Assembly (NCBI RefSeq): GCF_006345805.1
Contig: NC_043026.1
Coordinates: forward strand, 2,852,001-2,916,000
DNA length: 64,000 bases
Direction: 5' to 3'
Source: Octopus sinensis
Taxonomy: Eukaryota
The notes beneath the pieces were generated by a model that was not told where the DNA came from, ran no database searches, and saw nothing but the letters and a program-made list of their open reading frames with translations. Position numbers and translations under genes: made by a program. Within the stretch, counting starts at the first letter, position 1, and each line of letters begins with the position of its first letter. Shown piece after piece: positions 25,205 to 39,337 of this stretch.

Positions 25205-26342
25205 GTAAGACACACAAAGCTTGTTTAGTAAATGGCTTTGTGTGTGTGGAAGGGTGAGTTTTAGGCTCCATAGTATTGTGCTAACCACCATCCTTATTCT
25301 CTCTCTCTCTCTCTCTCTCTTTCTGATGAGTGATGTGGGTGAGTTGGGGTGACCCGTAAAAGGATCGATTCACTTCAGGAAGAGAAGGGAGAAAACGGGA
25401 CTTGGCCCCAGTGGTCAGACAGTGGGAACTGCACCATTTTGATGATCACATTACCAGAGCCCAGGGCCTCAGCATCAGCCACATTGGCTCCTGAAGGCCC
25501 AACACTCAAAACATGGGGCCTGACCACAACATAATGCCAAAGGTCTTGGTCATTCGTCATTGCCTCTGTGGGGCCCAACACTCTAAAGGAGCATTTCATG
25601 TGCCACCGGCATCAGCCACCTTGCCTCTGTGCGCCCTAATGCCTGAAAGATGCTCTTTACGTACCAGCATCGGCCACGACTACAATTTCACTGGGCTTGA
25701 CGGGTCTTCTCAAGCAGAGCATATTGCCAGAGGTGTCATTCACTAGTCATTTCCTCTGTGAGGCCCCAAGTTTGACCATCATGCTTCACCACTTTGTCCC
25801 ATTCATCATTCCTCTGTGTGTGTGTGTGGATGGCTGTACTCTTCACACATTTAAGGATGTGTTTATCTGTGTAGAAATATGTATATGCAAATGTGTGTCT
25901 ATGTATGCATGTGTGTGTATTTGTTTAGTAGATGTAGCCTGTGTGTGTGTGTGGTGTCTTAATGGATTATGACCACACAAATATGAGAGAAAGAAAGAAG
26001 GGGCCACAACATGTTGGCTACATCTGATGGAAATAGCAGCCAAAAAATGTCCTTCAAACCTGTTTCTGAAGAGAATCTGCTCCTGGTCATGACTGGAATG
26101 CCCTTGTTCATGGGTCTACTCAATGGGGGCTAACCTGAGGGCTAGGCTATCCTGCCAGCCTTCTCTTCCTCCCCCACCAACAATTGTACTGTCTCTACTA
26201 CAGTCAGCTCCCACCCCACCCCACTCAGAAGGCAAGTGCCCCTCTTGAATATGGGTGTGTGGCTGTGCCAAGTCTATTGTAAATTAAAGTCTGCGTACAT
26301 GTGTGAGCCCTAAATACTTCTACCTCTTTGTCTAAATCACAG

Positions 26343-26563
26343 CCATTGTACCAGTATTGTTAGCTGCACTACAGGACCCCACCCAGAAGACATACGCCTC
26401 CCTGCAAGCCCTGCTGGACACCAAATTTGTGCACTTCATCGACGCAGCATCACTGGCTCTGATAATGCCAGTGGTGGAGAGAGCATTCCAAGACCGAACT
26501 ACGGACACCAGGAAGATGGCAGCCCAGATTATTGGCAACATGTATTCACTGACTGACCAGAAG
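26343..26563 (+). CDS. GCN1: GCN1 exon w9 ([12 protein letters not shown]...NMYSLTDQK)
   Basis: cag|CC, AAG|gtgagt. Confidence 0.97.
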
Positions 26564-26859
26564 GTGAGTGGTCAACACAGTTGTGGTTCCCTACTAACGC
26601 CTAGAAATGATCCGCTTTAATGTCCTGCCCCCCCCCCCCCTCCTACATTCTTGGTGTGTTGATTAATTCTTGAAACAATTCTTTAGTGTGGATTCCCTTT
26701 GCATATCTATTATCAGCATTAGTAGGGATCCCTAGCAAAACATGTTTCTCTCTCTTATTACTTGTATTAATAATTTTTACTGTATCCCAGTCTTTATACG
26801 CCAGCCACTTGGTTGTTTTAAATTGATGTATTAATTAATATTCAATTTTTTCACCCTTA

Positions 26860-26910
26860 TTGTGATTATATATATATATATATATATAATTATATATATA
26901 TATATGTATG

Positions 26911-26942
<32 letters not shown>

Positions 26943-28370
26943 ATATATTATATATATATATATATGTATATTATGTATATTATGTATATATTTGTATGTA
27001 TAATATATGTATATAATATATATATGTATATATATATATATGTATATATATATGTATATATATATGTATATGTATATATTATATGTATATATATATGTAT
27101 ATGTATATATATGTATTATATATATTATGTATATGTATATATATTATATGTATATATATGTATATATTATGTATATGTATGTATATGTATATATATGTAT
27201 ATATATATATGTATATATATATATATGTATATGTATATATTGTATATGTATATATATGTATATGTATATATAGGTAATGTATATATATGTATATGTATAT
27301 ATATATATATTATATCTATATTTTATATATATGTATATATATGTATATATATGTATATATATATGTATATATATCTATATGTATATATGTATATAGATAT
27401 ATATGTATATATATGTATATATATATATATGTATATATATGTATATGTATATATATGTATATATATGTATATAGATATATATGTATATATATGTATATGT
27501 AATATATGTATATATATGTATATATATATATATGTATATATATGTATTGTATATATGTATAGTATATATATGTATATGTATATATATGTATATGTATATA
27601 ATGTATATGTATATATATATATATGTATATATATGTAGATATATATGTATATCTATGTATTATATATGAATATATGTATATATATCTATATGTATATATA
27701 TGTATATATCTATATATGTATATTATATGTAGATATATAATATGTATATATATGATATGTATATATATGTATATGTATGTATATATATATATATGTATAT
27801 ATAGGTATATGTATATATATGTATATAATGTATAATATATATGTATATATATGTATATGTATATATATGTATATGTATATATATGTATATGATATATGTA
27901 TATATATATATATGTATATATTATGTATATTATATATATGTATATATATGTATATATATGATATATGTATATATATGTATATGTATATATGTATATATAT
28001 ATATATATGTATATATATGTATATATGTATATATGTATATATATATATATGTATATATAATATGTAATATATATGTATATATATATGTATATATATATAT
28101 GTATATATGTATATAATAATTATATGTATATAGATATATGTATATATGTATATATATATATATAGTATATATATATGTATATTATATGTATTATATATAT
28201 GTATATTATATATATATGTATAGTGTTATATATGTTATATTATATGTGTATATATATGTATATATATATATAGATATATGTGTAATATGTATATATATAA
28301 TTATATATATGTGTATATATATGTATTATATATATATGTGTATATATGTATATATATATATATAGTGTAG

Positions 28371-28428
<58 letters not shown>

Positions 28429-28604
28429 GTATATATATATGAATGTATATATATATGTATATATATATGTATCATATATAATATATATATATATATATAT
28501 GTATAGATATATGTATATATATATGTATATATATATGTATATATATATATGTTATATATATGATGTATATATATATGTATTATATATGTATATATATAAA
28601 CATG

Positions 28605-28636
<32 letters not shown>

Positions 28637-29069
28637 TGTATATATATGGATATATATATATATGTATATTATGTATATATATATATATGTATATATATGT
28701 ATATATATATGTATATGATGTATATATATATATATGTATATATATATGTATATATATATATGTATATATATATATGTATATTATATGTATATATATATAT
28801 ATGTATATATATATGTAATATATATATATGTATATATATATATATGTATATATATATGTATATATATATATATGTATATATATATGTATATATATAATAT
28901 GTATATATATATATATGTATATATCATATATATGTATATATATATATGTATATATATAGTATATGTATATATATAATATATATATAATATGTATATATGT
29001 GTGTATATATATATATTGTGTATATTATATATGTATATATATATATATAATTATATATATGTGTGTATA

Positions 29070-29108
<39 letters not shown>

Positions 29109-29129
29109 ATTATATATATATATAATATG

Positions 29130-29163
<34 letters not shown>

Positions 29164-29592
29164 GATGGTTATAATATATATGTGTATATATATATATATA
29201 TTGATATATATATATATGTATATATGTATATATATGTATATATATATGTATATATGTATATCATCATCATCATCATCATCGTTTAACGATGATGATGATG
29301 ATGATGATATGTATATATATGTATATATATGTATAATATGTATATAGTATATATATGTATATATGTATATTAGTAATATATATATGTATATATATATAGA
29401 TATATGTATATATTGTATATAGATTATATATATATATATATGTATATATATTATGTATATATATATATATGTATATATATTATATATTAATATATATATA
29501 TATATGTATATATATATTGTATTATATATATATATAATGTATGTATATATATATGTATATAGTATATGTATATAATATGTATATATCTATAT

Positions 29593-29623
<31 letters not shown>

Positions 29624-29650
29624 TATATATATGTATATATATTATTATAT

Positions 29651-29702
<52 letters not shown>

Positions 29703-29706
29703 GTAT

Positions 29707-29743
<37 letters not shown>

Positions 29744-29754
29744 ATATATATATG

Positions 29755-29790
<36 letters not shown>
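26860..29790. repeat. (TA)/(TATG) compound microsatellite, about 2.9 kb
   Basis: Direct reading. Confidence 0.98.
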
Positions 29791-29792
29791 TA

Positions 29793-30183
29793 CTAGCAGT
29801 ATCGCCCGGCGTTGCTCGGGTTGTAAGGTAATAACTATATAAGCATTTTTAGAGAGTTATAGCCAAAAAATAGCAAAAAAATGCATTAAAAATTGAAAAA
29901 AAATTAAGGTATTTTTTTTTTAAATCGTTGACACATCGTAGATATTTTTAGAGAGTTACTTCCCTTATATAAAAGCGAAAAAAATGCATTAAAATGGAAA
30001 AATATGATGGTAAATTTTTTTTAAATCGTAGACTCATCGTAGACGCGCGCTATATACCCAGAAGGGCTCGATATGAATCACGACTATAATACCCGCTTTG
30101 GTTAAACTGCACGGCAAAATGTGGGAGTAGTTACGAATCTGAATCGAAGGGGACAGACACACAACTTCACTCTTATATAAAGA
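29793..30183 (-). mobile_element. Helitron H1
   Basis: Reverse complement of 5524-5907 termini, with hairpin. Confidence 0.85.
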
Positions 30184-30599
30184 TGCTTTTTTTTTTTCAG
30201 TCATAGAGTTAGATTTATGAAGGTCTTCAGTAGAAAATCCTTCGAATTCTGACTCGCTGCTTGATATAATGAAATTCATATCCATTTTTTGTCATCAATT
30301 ACAAATTTTGAAAACACAATAGGAACAAATTTCGGAAAAAAATCTCCCATAATTCACGGAATTAAAATTACACTTCGATTTTTGTACAAAACTGTATTTG
30401 AAGTGTTTACGAAGTATAATACGTGTTTTCACGAATGTACTAAAGAGATTTACTCTGATATTCTCATTTAAATATGAATAGGTAAATTCGGGCGGTTTGG
30501 TAACGAAAGGGTTTATATTAGTGTCGTCTGTTTATACATAAAAACTGCTTCATACTTTCAGTTTAGTCTTCCTCAAATCACTCTGTCGCTAATTTACTT

Positions 30600-30964
30600 T
30601 CTTCCAAGAACATTTTCACTCACTGTTATCTGTTAGCTTCCCATACATTTTACTCATGTATCTATCAGCGTGATAGACAGAAACAAATATTACATTTACT
30701 TTCATTTTATTCGTCGCACACTGTGTGTGTGCGTTTGCGTGTGGTGTAAACCAGACTAAGAAAAGCATTTGACACACACACCAGAATGTGAGTTTTCTGT
30801 AAATTTTGCTTAATTGGAGTTTAAATTTTAAAAACTGGACCTGGCATGACGCGATGCATTGTACTCTTAAAATGCTAGGTAAATTGTAATTGAAGAAATC
30901 CTATATTGTAGATTTCTATAACTCCCAAAGGAGGCAGCTAAAATCTGCCTTTTATAATAAGAGA
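30600..30964 (-). mobile_element. Putative second Helitron family H2 (5' part); second copy at about 32670-33037
   Basis: A|TCTCTTATTATAAAAGGCAG 5' end; two homologous copies; no 3' CTAG end identified. Confidence 0.5.
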
Positions 30965-31179
30965 TATATATATATATATGTGTGTGTATATATATATGTA
31001 TATATATATATATATATATAATATATATATATATATGTGTATATATATATATGTGTATATATATATATGTGTGTATATATATATGTGTGTATATATATAT
31101 GTATATGTATATATATATGTATATATATATGTATATATATATATATATGCATGTATATATATATGTATATATATATATA

Positions 31180-31815
31180 CTAGCAGTATCGCCCGGCGTT
31201 GCTCGGGTTTGTAAGGGAAATAACTATATAAGCATTTTTAGAGAGTTATAGCCAAAAAAATAGCAAAAAATGCATTAAAAATGGAAAAAATATGATGGTA
31301 AATTTTTTTTTAAATCGTTGACTCATCGTAGACATTTTTAGAGAGTTACTTCCCTTATATAATAGCGAAAAAATGCATTAAAATGGAAAAAAAACGATGG
31401 TAAATTTTTTTTTAAATCGTAGACTCATGTAGACGCTTCTTAGCCATTCTGTTTTGGTGTCTTCAAGCCATGAAGTCGTTGTTCTAAAAGAACGCTGGTC
31501 TCCTTGACAACGCATTACGACGTTGATTTCCTTACACTCCCTTCCCCACAGGTGCAGGTGTGAGCGTGGACGCCAACTCCACCGCCATCGACACACGAAA
31601 AATTATGCATTAAAATGGAATAAAAAATGATGTTAAATTATTTTTAAAATCGTAGACTCATCGTAGACGCGTGCTAATACTCAGACGGGCTCAATATGAA
31701 TCACGACTATAAGCTACCCGAATTTGGTTAAACTGCACCGCAAAATGTGGGAGTAGTTAGGAATCTAAATCGAAGGGGACAGACACTCACACAACTACAG
31801 TTTTATATATATAGA
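31180..31815 (-). mobile_element. Helitron H1, longer variant with an extra internal segment
   Basis: Same termini as the other H1 copies; extra GC-richer segment at about 31438-31595. Confidence 0.8.
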
Positions 31816-31849
31816 TATACATAGCGCAGTAGTGGTGAGATGTGACAGC

Positions 31850-32403
31850 AAAGAAAAGCATACATTCACTCTCTGCATGCAATTAGACTCGGAAAGTTCG
31901 TGAGGAACCCATTGACCCAATCTGCTGACTTTTCCGATAGCACACAGGTCTCAATGAATGGTTGAATGACCAAATCCAAGCTTCTCTGCTAGTTCCTCAA
32001 CAGTTACGATGAGATTTTGTTCCACCAGGGTTTTCAGGATGTCCTTGTCGAGTTCTACAGATCTTTCAGGATGAGGCTCGTCTTCTAGGCTGTAGTTTAT
32101 GGCTCGGAATTTCTGGAACCACCATTGACACTGCCTTACGCTTATTGTCCAATCCCCATATACTGCATTTGCGTTGTTGTCTTTATTGAACTCATAAAGC
32201 AAAATATGCCAAATATGCTCCTTTGTTACTTCCAATATAGCTTTGAAAAAAATAGCTGTTAAAATCGAAATGCACTCTTCAAAACTTGCACTATGAATAA
32301 GGACAAGATAAAATTACTACCTGCTTTTATAGCAAGTTAATATAAGTAGTTTATCCCATTCCCCTCTGACTTTTAGTTCAAGCGGTTGAAAAAACCGCAT
32401 TAT
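31850..32403 (-). mobile_element. Mariner 5' fragment (TIR + HTH remnant)
   Basis: HIWHILLYEFNK...WFQKFR...LEDEPH; TIR-like TAATAATGCGGTTTTTTCAA. Confidence 0.75.
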
Positions 32404-32530
32404 TATATATATATACATACATACATACATACATATACACACTCACTCTCTCTCTCTCACACACATGCACACATTTATATTCTGTTATTCTTTTATATGT
32501 TTCAGACTTGAGGTTGTGGCCATGCTTGAT

Positions 32531-32561
<31 letters not shown>

Positions 32562-33039
32562 CTATCTGTCTGTCTGTCTGTATGTATATATGTATATGTA
32601 TGTGTGTGAATAATAATATTTTCAACAGATGTGTTGCAAATGTATCTGATTGTTCTCAAGCTTCAAATTACTCTCTTCCAGAAACATTTTCAATCACTCT
32701 TATTTGTTAGCTTCCCATACATTTTACTCATGTATCTATCAGCGTTCATGGACAGTAACAAATATTACATCTAGTTTCATTTTATTCGTTACACAGTGTG
32801 TGTGTGCGTTGCGTGTGCTGTAAACCAGACTAAGAAAAGCATTTGACACACACACCAGAATGTGAGTTTCTGTAAATTTTGCTAATTGGAGTTTAATTTT
32901 AAAAACTGGACCTGGCATGACGCGATGCATTGTACTCTTAAAATTGCTAGGTAAATTGTAATTGAAGAAATCCTATATTGTAGATTTGTATAACTCCCAA
33001 AGGGAGGCAGATAAAATCTGCCTTTTATAATAAGAGATA

Positions 33040-33127
33040 TGTATATATATATATATGTATATATATATGTATATATATATATATGTATATATATATAGAT
33101 ATGTATATATATATATATATGTATATG

Positions 33128-33160
<33 letters not shown>

Positions 33161-33167
33161 GTATATG

Positions 33168-33198
<31 letters not shown>

Positions 33199-33388
33199 GT
33201 ATAGTATATATATATATGTATATATATATATGTATATATTATTATAGTATTATATATATATATGTATATATATATATGTATATATATATATGTATATATA
33301 TATATGTATGTATATATTGTATGTATATATTATATGTATCTATATATATATTATATATATTATATATATATATGTATATATATATATG

Positions 33389-33440
<52 letters not shown>

Positions 33441-33492
33441 ATATATATATAGTATATATATATATGTATATTATATATATATATTATGTGTG

Positions 33493-33536
<44 letters not shown>

Positions 33537-33537
33537 A

Positions 33538-33576
<39 letters not shown>

Positions 33577-33608
33577 TATATATATATATATGTGTATATA
33601 TGTATATG

Positions 33609-33642
<34 letters not shown>

Positions 33643-34455
33643 ATATGTATATATGTAATATATATATATATGTATATGTATATTGTATATGTATATATGT
33701 ATATGTATATGTATTATATGTATATGTATATATGTATATGTATATATGTATATGTATATATGTATATGTATATATATATATATGTATTATATATATGTAT
33801 ATATATATGTATATATATGTGTATATATATATATATATGTATATATATATGTATATATATATATATGTATATGTATATATATCTGTATGTATATATATAT
33901 GTATATATATATATATGTAATATATAATATATGTATATATATATAATGTATATGTATATATATGTATAATATATATATGTATATATATATATATGAATAT
34001 ATATATATGTATATGTATATCTATATATGTATATATATGTATATGTATATTATATATATGTATATATATGTATATGTATATTATATATGTATATATATAT
34101 ATATGTATATGTATATGTATATGTATATATGTATATGTATATTATATTATATATGTATATATATATATGTATATGTATATATGTATATGTATTATCTATG
34201 TATATATGTATGTATATATGTATATGTATATATTATATGTATATATAATATATATGTATATATATAATGTATATATTATATATGTATATATATATATGTA
34301 TATATATATATGTATATAATATATGTATTATATATAGTATATATATATGTATATATATATATGTATATATATTATATATATATGTATATATATGTATTAT
34401 TATATATATATGTATATATATATTATGTATATATATATATATGTATATATATATG

Positions 34456-34489
<34 letters not shown>

Positions 34490-34540
34490 ATATATGTATA
34501 TATATATATATATTATATGTCTATATATATATATATATTG
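33040..34540. repeat. (TA)/(TATG) microsatellite, about 1.5 kb
   Basis: Direct reading. Confidence 0.98.
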
Positions 34541-34544
34541 TAAG

Positions 34545-34875
34545 AATGTTTGCAAAAGGGACATGAAGACCTGCAAAATCAATATTAGCAACTGGGAAGC
34601 AGTTGCCAGCAACCGTGGAAATTGGCGACATACCGTAAAAGAGGGAACACAAAGGAGTGACAGAGGGAGAGAGGAGAAATGGAAAGACAAGAAAAGACGT
34701 CAACAAGAAACTATGACATTACAACAGTCTTCGCTGCATTTGCGGCACCTGCCAGAGGGAGTGTTTGTCCAGGATAGGACAACACGGCCACAGCAGGAGA
34801 GGTATCAGGACATGAAATGTGAAAGCCGGACTGGACTATTCTGTCTCCCGAGACAAAAAGGATGCCAACAACAAT
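34545..34875 (+). mobile_element. RTE/BovB-like LINE 3' end
   Basis: WEAVASNRGNWR..VKEG; CxxC...SRIG.HGH zinc-finger remnant; (CAA)n tail. Confidence 0.7.
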
Positions 34876-36402
34876 GTGTATATATATAATATATATATAA
34901 GCACCATCTGATCGTGGCTGTTTGCCAGCCTCGTCTCGAACCTGTGCCAGTGGCACGTAAAAAGCACCCACTACACTCACGGAGTGGTTGGCGTTAGGAA
35001 GGACATCCAGCTGTTGAAACACTGCCAGATCAGACTGGGCCTGATGCAGCCTTCTGGCTTCCCAGACCTCAGTTGCACCGTCCAACCCATGCTAGCATGG
35101 AAAGCGGACGTTAAACGATGATCATATATTTATAAGTAGGCAAATGGATAGATGGGTACATAGGTAATGCGGACAGACAATGTTCTGATGGTGCATTTTA
35201 TGTGGTGGTATGTAGCTTAGTTGTTAGGGTGCTCAGCTTATGGTATTGTAAGGTTGTGAGTTCAGTCCCCAGCCGCACATTGTGTTCTTGAGCAAGACAC
35301 GTTATTTTACGCTGCTCCTGTCCGTTCAGCTGGCAAATATGAGTTGGTGTGTTTATGCCTCCAAAACTTAGCGGTTCAGCAAAAGATACCGATAGAATAA
35401 GTACTAGGCTTACAAAGAATAAGTCCTGGGGTTGATTTGTTTGACTAAAGGCAGTGCTCCAGCATGACCAAAACGTGTAAAAGGGTAAACATTTTGTGTG
35501 GTGTGAAAATACTTCTGCCAGTTTCCCCCCATGAATACATGTAAAATACTGGTTTCAGATTTTGCACACCCTCATAAGGCTTTGGTTGACCCAAGACTGT
35601 AGTAGAAGACAGTTGCCCAAGGTGTCATGCAGTGGGACTGAACACTGGGCCATATGGATTGGGAAGCAAGCTACTTACCACACAGCCATGCCTGTACCTA
35701 ATAACATTTCATCTGTCTTTATGTTCCAAGTTCAAATCCCACCAGGGTTCACTCAGCCTTTCATCCTTTCAGGGCCAGTAAAATTAATACCAGTTACATA
35801 CTGGGGTCATCTAACCTACTAGTCTCTTTCTCCTTCCACCAAAAATTTCAGGCCTTGTGCCTATAGTAGAAAGGACTATCTTACCTGTAATTATAATTCA
35901 AGATGATCACCTTTTGCTTCCAGCATAGCCTTTGATCTTTTCTCACCTCCCAATTCTTTATACCAGCCATTTTCAATGCTACGCTTTGTTCACGCTTCGT
36001 TTGAGCTGCCAAATTTAAATTAAAGTTAACCCTTTTTGCTCCCATATTTCTGTTGAGATGCTCTTCTGTGTTTCTTTCAATTAATTTTTAATATATCAAA
36101 GAATTTAGTAAAATAACTTCATTAAGCTGGGGCAGGTTCTTATAATAAATAAGTCTAAAACAAAATTCTTTTTGTGACCCCTAAAATATTACTATGGACA
36201 CCCAGTTTACTCTTGTCTAGCACCTCCAAAATGTTACACGAGCTTCTCCCTACCAACCCCCAGGGGTCATAATATTCACCACAGTTCAGAATCACTTTTG
36301 TCTATCCTGTAACGTGTTGACCGACAGACCAGAAGGTGAGTGGTCAACATTGTTTGATGTGTACTACTACGACTGCTTCTACCTCTGTCTCTCCCCCCAC
36401 AG

Positions 36403-36610
36403 GACTTGTCTCCCTACTTACCAACTGTGATCCCAGGACTGAAACAGTCGCTCCTTGACCCTGTGCCTGAAGTGAGGAATGTGTCGTCGCGAGCCCTCGG
36501 CACCATGGTGCGTGGGATGGGCGAGGGCACTTTTGACGACCTCCTGCCTTGGTTGATGGAGACTTTGGTCTCTGAAAGAAGTTCTGTTGACCGATCGGGA
36601 GCTGCTCAAG
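36403..36610 (+). CDS. GCN1: GCN1 exon w10 (DLSPYLPTVIPGLK...DRSGAAQ)
   Basis: cag|GAC, G|gtttgt. Confidence 0.97.
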
Positions 36611-36712
36611 GTTTGTCATCGTTCTTGTTGTTCTTAATACTGTCTCACAGTATACACACACACACACACACACGCACACACACAGAGTGCCTCTATCTGC
36701 ACACCTGTCCTA

Positions 36713-37355
36713 TTGTACAAGTGCCTGTCCAACAGTGATTGCATCATCCATACTCTCAACAATGCGCCCTTAAATATGGTTTCTGATTACAAATATCTTG
36801 GGACATACATATCATCATCTGAAAAAGATTTTCTAACTAGAAAGGGTATGGCCTGGTCAGCCTGTAATGACATGCATAAGATCTGGTCATCAAATCTAAG
36901 TAGGGACTTCAAACTTGAAATCTTCAAAGCCACAGTCGAACCAATTCTACTCTATGGCTCAGAAACCTGGACGTTATCAAAGAAGCCTGAGAGGCGGTTG
37001 GATGGAACCTACACTCGCCTCCTTATGAGAGCTCAAAATCTCTCGTGGAAGCGTCATCCAACCAAAATGCAAATATATGGGAAACTACCACCTGTGTCAT
37101 CTCTTGTGAAAGCTAGGAGAGTCCAGTTTGCTGGACATTGTTGTAGAGCTGAAAACGAGGCAATTTCTACTCTTCTCCTCTGGAAGCCATCTACTCGCAA
37201 TACCAGAGGGCACACACTCTCCTACCCTGATGTAATCTCCAGGGATACAGGCATCCAGCAACAGGACCTCCGTAATGCAATGATGGACTGTGAAGTCTGG
37301 CGTAACATAGTAGATTCCACTGTCTCAACCACGGTCGAACAATGATGATGATGGA
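36713..37355 (+). mobile_element. 5'-truncated RTE-clade LINE with an open ~200-aa ORF end and (TGA)n tail
   Basis: DYKYLGTYI, ILLYGSETWTL, RRVQFAGHC motifs. Confidence 0.88.
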
Positions 37356-37528
37356 TACTTGTGAAATTATATACAACACACAAACACAACATCCATATAC
37401 ACCTTTCAAACTATATACAGACCTGCACACACACACACACCTGACTACACACAGACACACACTACACACACAACCTACACACACACACACACACACCTAC
37501 TCTCACCGCTTCTTTGTGTCCCTTTCAG

Positions 37529-37725
37529 GTTTAAGTGAAGTGATTGGTGGAATGGGCCTGGCCAAACTACAAATACTGATGCCGGACATTGTCCAGACCG
37601 CTGACCGCAATGACATTGCACCCCACATCCGTGACGGCTACATCATGATGTACATTTACCTGCCATTGGTCTTCAAAGATGATTTTCTGCCCTACATTGG
37701 CCACATCATACCTTCCATCTTGAAG
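37529..37725 (+). CDS. GCN1: GCN1 exon w11 (LSEVIGGMG...RDGYIMMYIYLP...PSILK)
   Basis: cag|GT, AAG|gtcagt. Confidence 0.97.
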
Positions 37726-37736
37726 GTCAGTTAAAC

Positions 37737-38280
37737 CTCCTCTCTCTCTCTCTCTCACTCTCTCTCTCTCACTCTCTCACTCACTTTCTCTCTCTCACTC
37801 TCTTTCTTTCTCTTACTCACTTTCTCTCTCTCTCTCTTTCTCTCTCTCACTCACTTTCTCTCTCTCACTCACTCTCTCTCTTTCTCTCTCACTCACTCAC
37901 TCTCTCACTCACTTTCTCTCTTTCTCTCTCACTCACTTTCTCTCTCTTCCTCTCTCACTCACTCACTCTCTCACTCACTTTCTCTCTTTCTCTCTCTCAC
38001 TCACTTTCTCTCTTTCTCTCTCTCACTCACTTTCTCTCTCTCTCTCACTCACTTTCTCTCTTTCTCTCTCTCACTCACTTTCTCTCTCTCACTCACTCAC
38101 TTTCTCTCTCTTTCTCTCTCACTTTCTCTCTCTTTCTCTCTCTCTCACTCACTCTCTCACTCACTTTCTCTCTTTCTCTCTCTCACTCACTTTCTCTCTC
38201 TCTCTCTCTCTTTCTCTCTCACTCACTTTCTCTCTTTCTCTCTCTCACTCACTTTCTCTCTTTCTCTCTCTCACTCACTT

Positions 38281-38314
<34 letters not shown>

Positions 38315-38555
38315 ACTCACTCACTTTCTCTCTTTCTCTCTCACTCTCTCTCTCTCACTCACTCACTCTCTCTCTCTTTCTCTATCTCTCTCACTCACTT
38401 TCTCTCTCTCACTCACTTTCTCTCTCTTTCTCTCACTCACTCACTTTCTCTCTCTCTTTCCCTCTCTCTCTTTCTCTCTCACTCACTTTCTCTCTCTCTC
38501 ACTCACTCACTTTCTCTCTCACTTTCTCTCTCACTCTCTCTCTCTCTCTCTCCTT
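37737..38555. repeat. (CT)n/(CTCA)n polypyrimidine microsatellite, about 820 bp
   Basis: Direct reading. Confidence 0.97.
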
Positions 38556-39101
38556 TTGCTCTTGCTGTTTAGCCCCAGGTCATTCCTGATCCAGCGGACC
38601 TATGATCAAAGATGTCCCAGTTGTGACCATCCCATCCTGTCTTTTATTCAGTCACAGTCTACCTAGGACTACATTATCTAATGTGTCCTTCTTCCTGGTT
38701 GTGTATACTCAGACTGCTCCTTTTTTTCAGTTATCCCTTTTTATGGTCAACTTTGATTTCCTCTTTTTAAGGTTGATCAAATAAAGTACTACTTGAGTAC
38801 AGATGGGACTGGACAATGAATTGGCCCCATTGGTCCCACCCCGAAATTGCTGCCCTAAATTAAAAGCCTGTATTATTAATAGTGTTTATGTTGTTTTTAA
38901 TTTTTTCTTATGTATATTTTATATTTTTTCTTCACACCCACACACACACACACACACACATACACTTACCTACATATGTATGTATCTACATACATGCACC
39001 TCTACCTAATATATGTGTGTATATATGTATATACACTTACACAATCTCTCTCTCTCATATATATATATATACCCATAACCTCTCCACACTCACACACACA
39101 C

Positions 39102-39134
<33 letters not shown>

Positions 39135-39337
39135 CACATTTATATATAATGTATATGTATCTACGTGTATACATACATATACATGTATATATACATATGT
39201 ATGCACACACACGCGCATTTATGCACACATCCACCTACACACATATACACAAAACTATCTTACATGATCCATATCTTTTGTTCATATATATATACACACA
39301 CACCTACACATGCACACACACCTGCCAACCAACACAG

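Noticed and set aside
25323-25390. CTGATGA-GTGA...TCAC as a hammerhead
   Set aside because: No GAAA after stem II and no stem I or III
30034-30285. ORF with acidic SSSESEFEGF motif
   Set aside because: Runs into a Helitron end; at most a short transposase C-terminal remnant, not a gene
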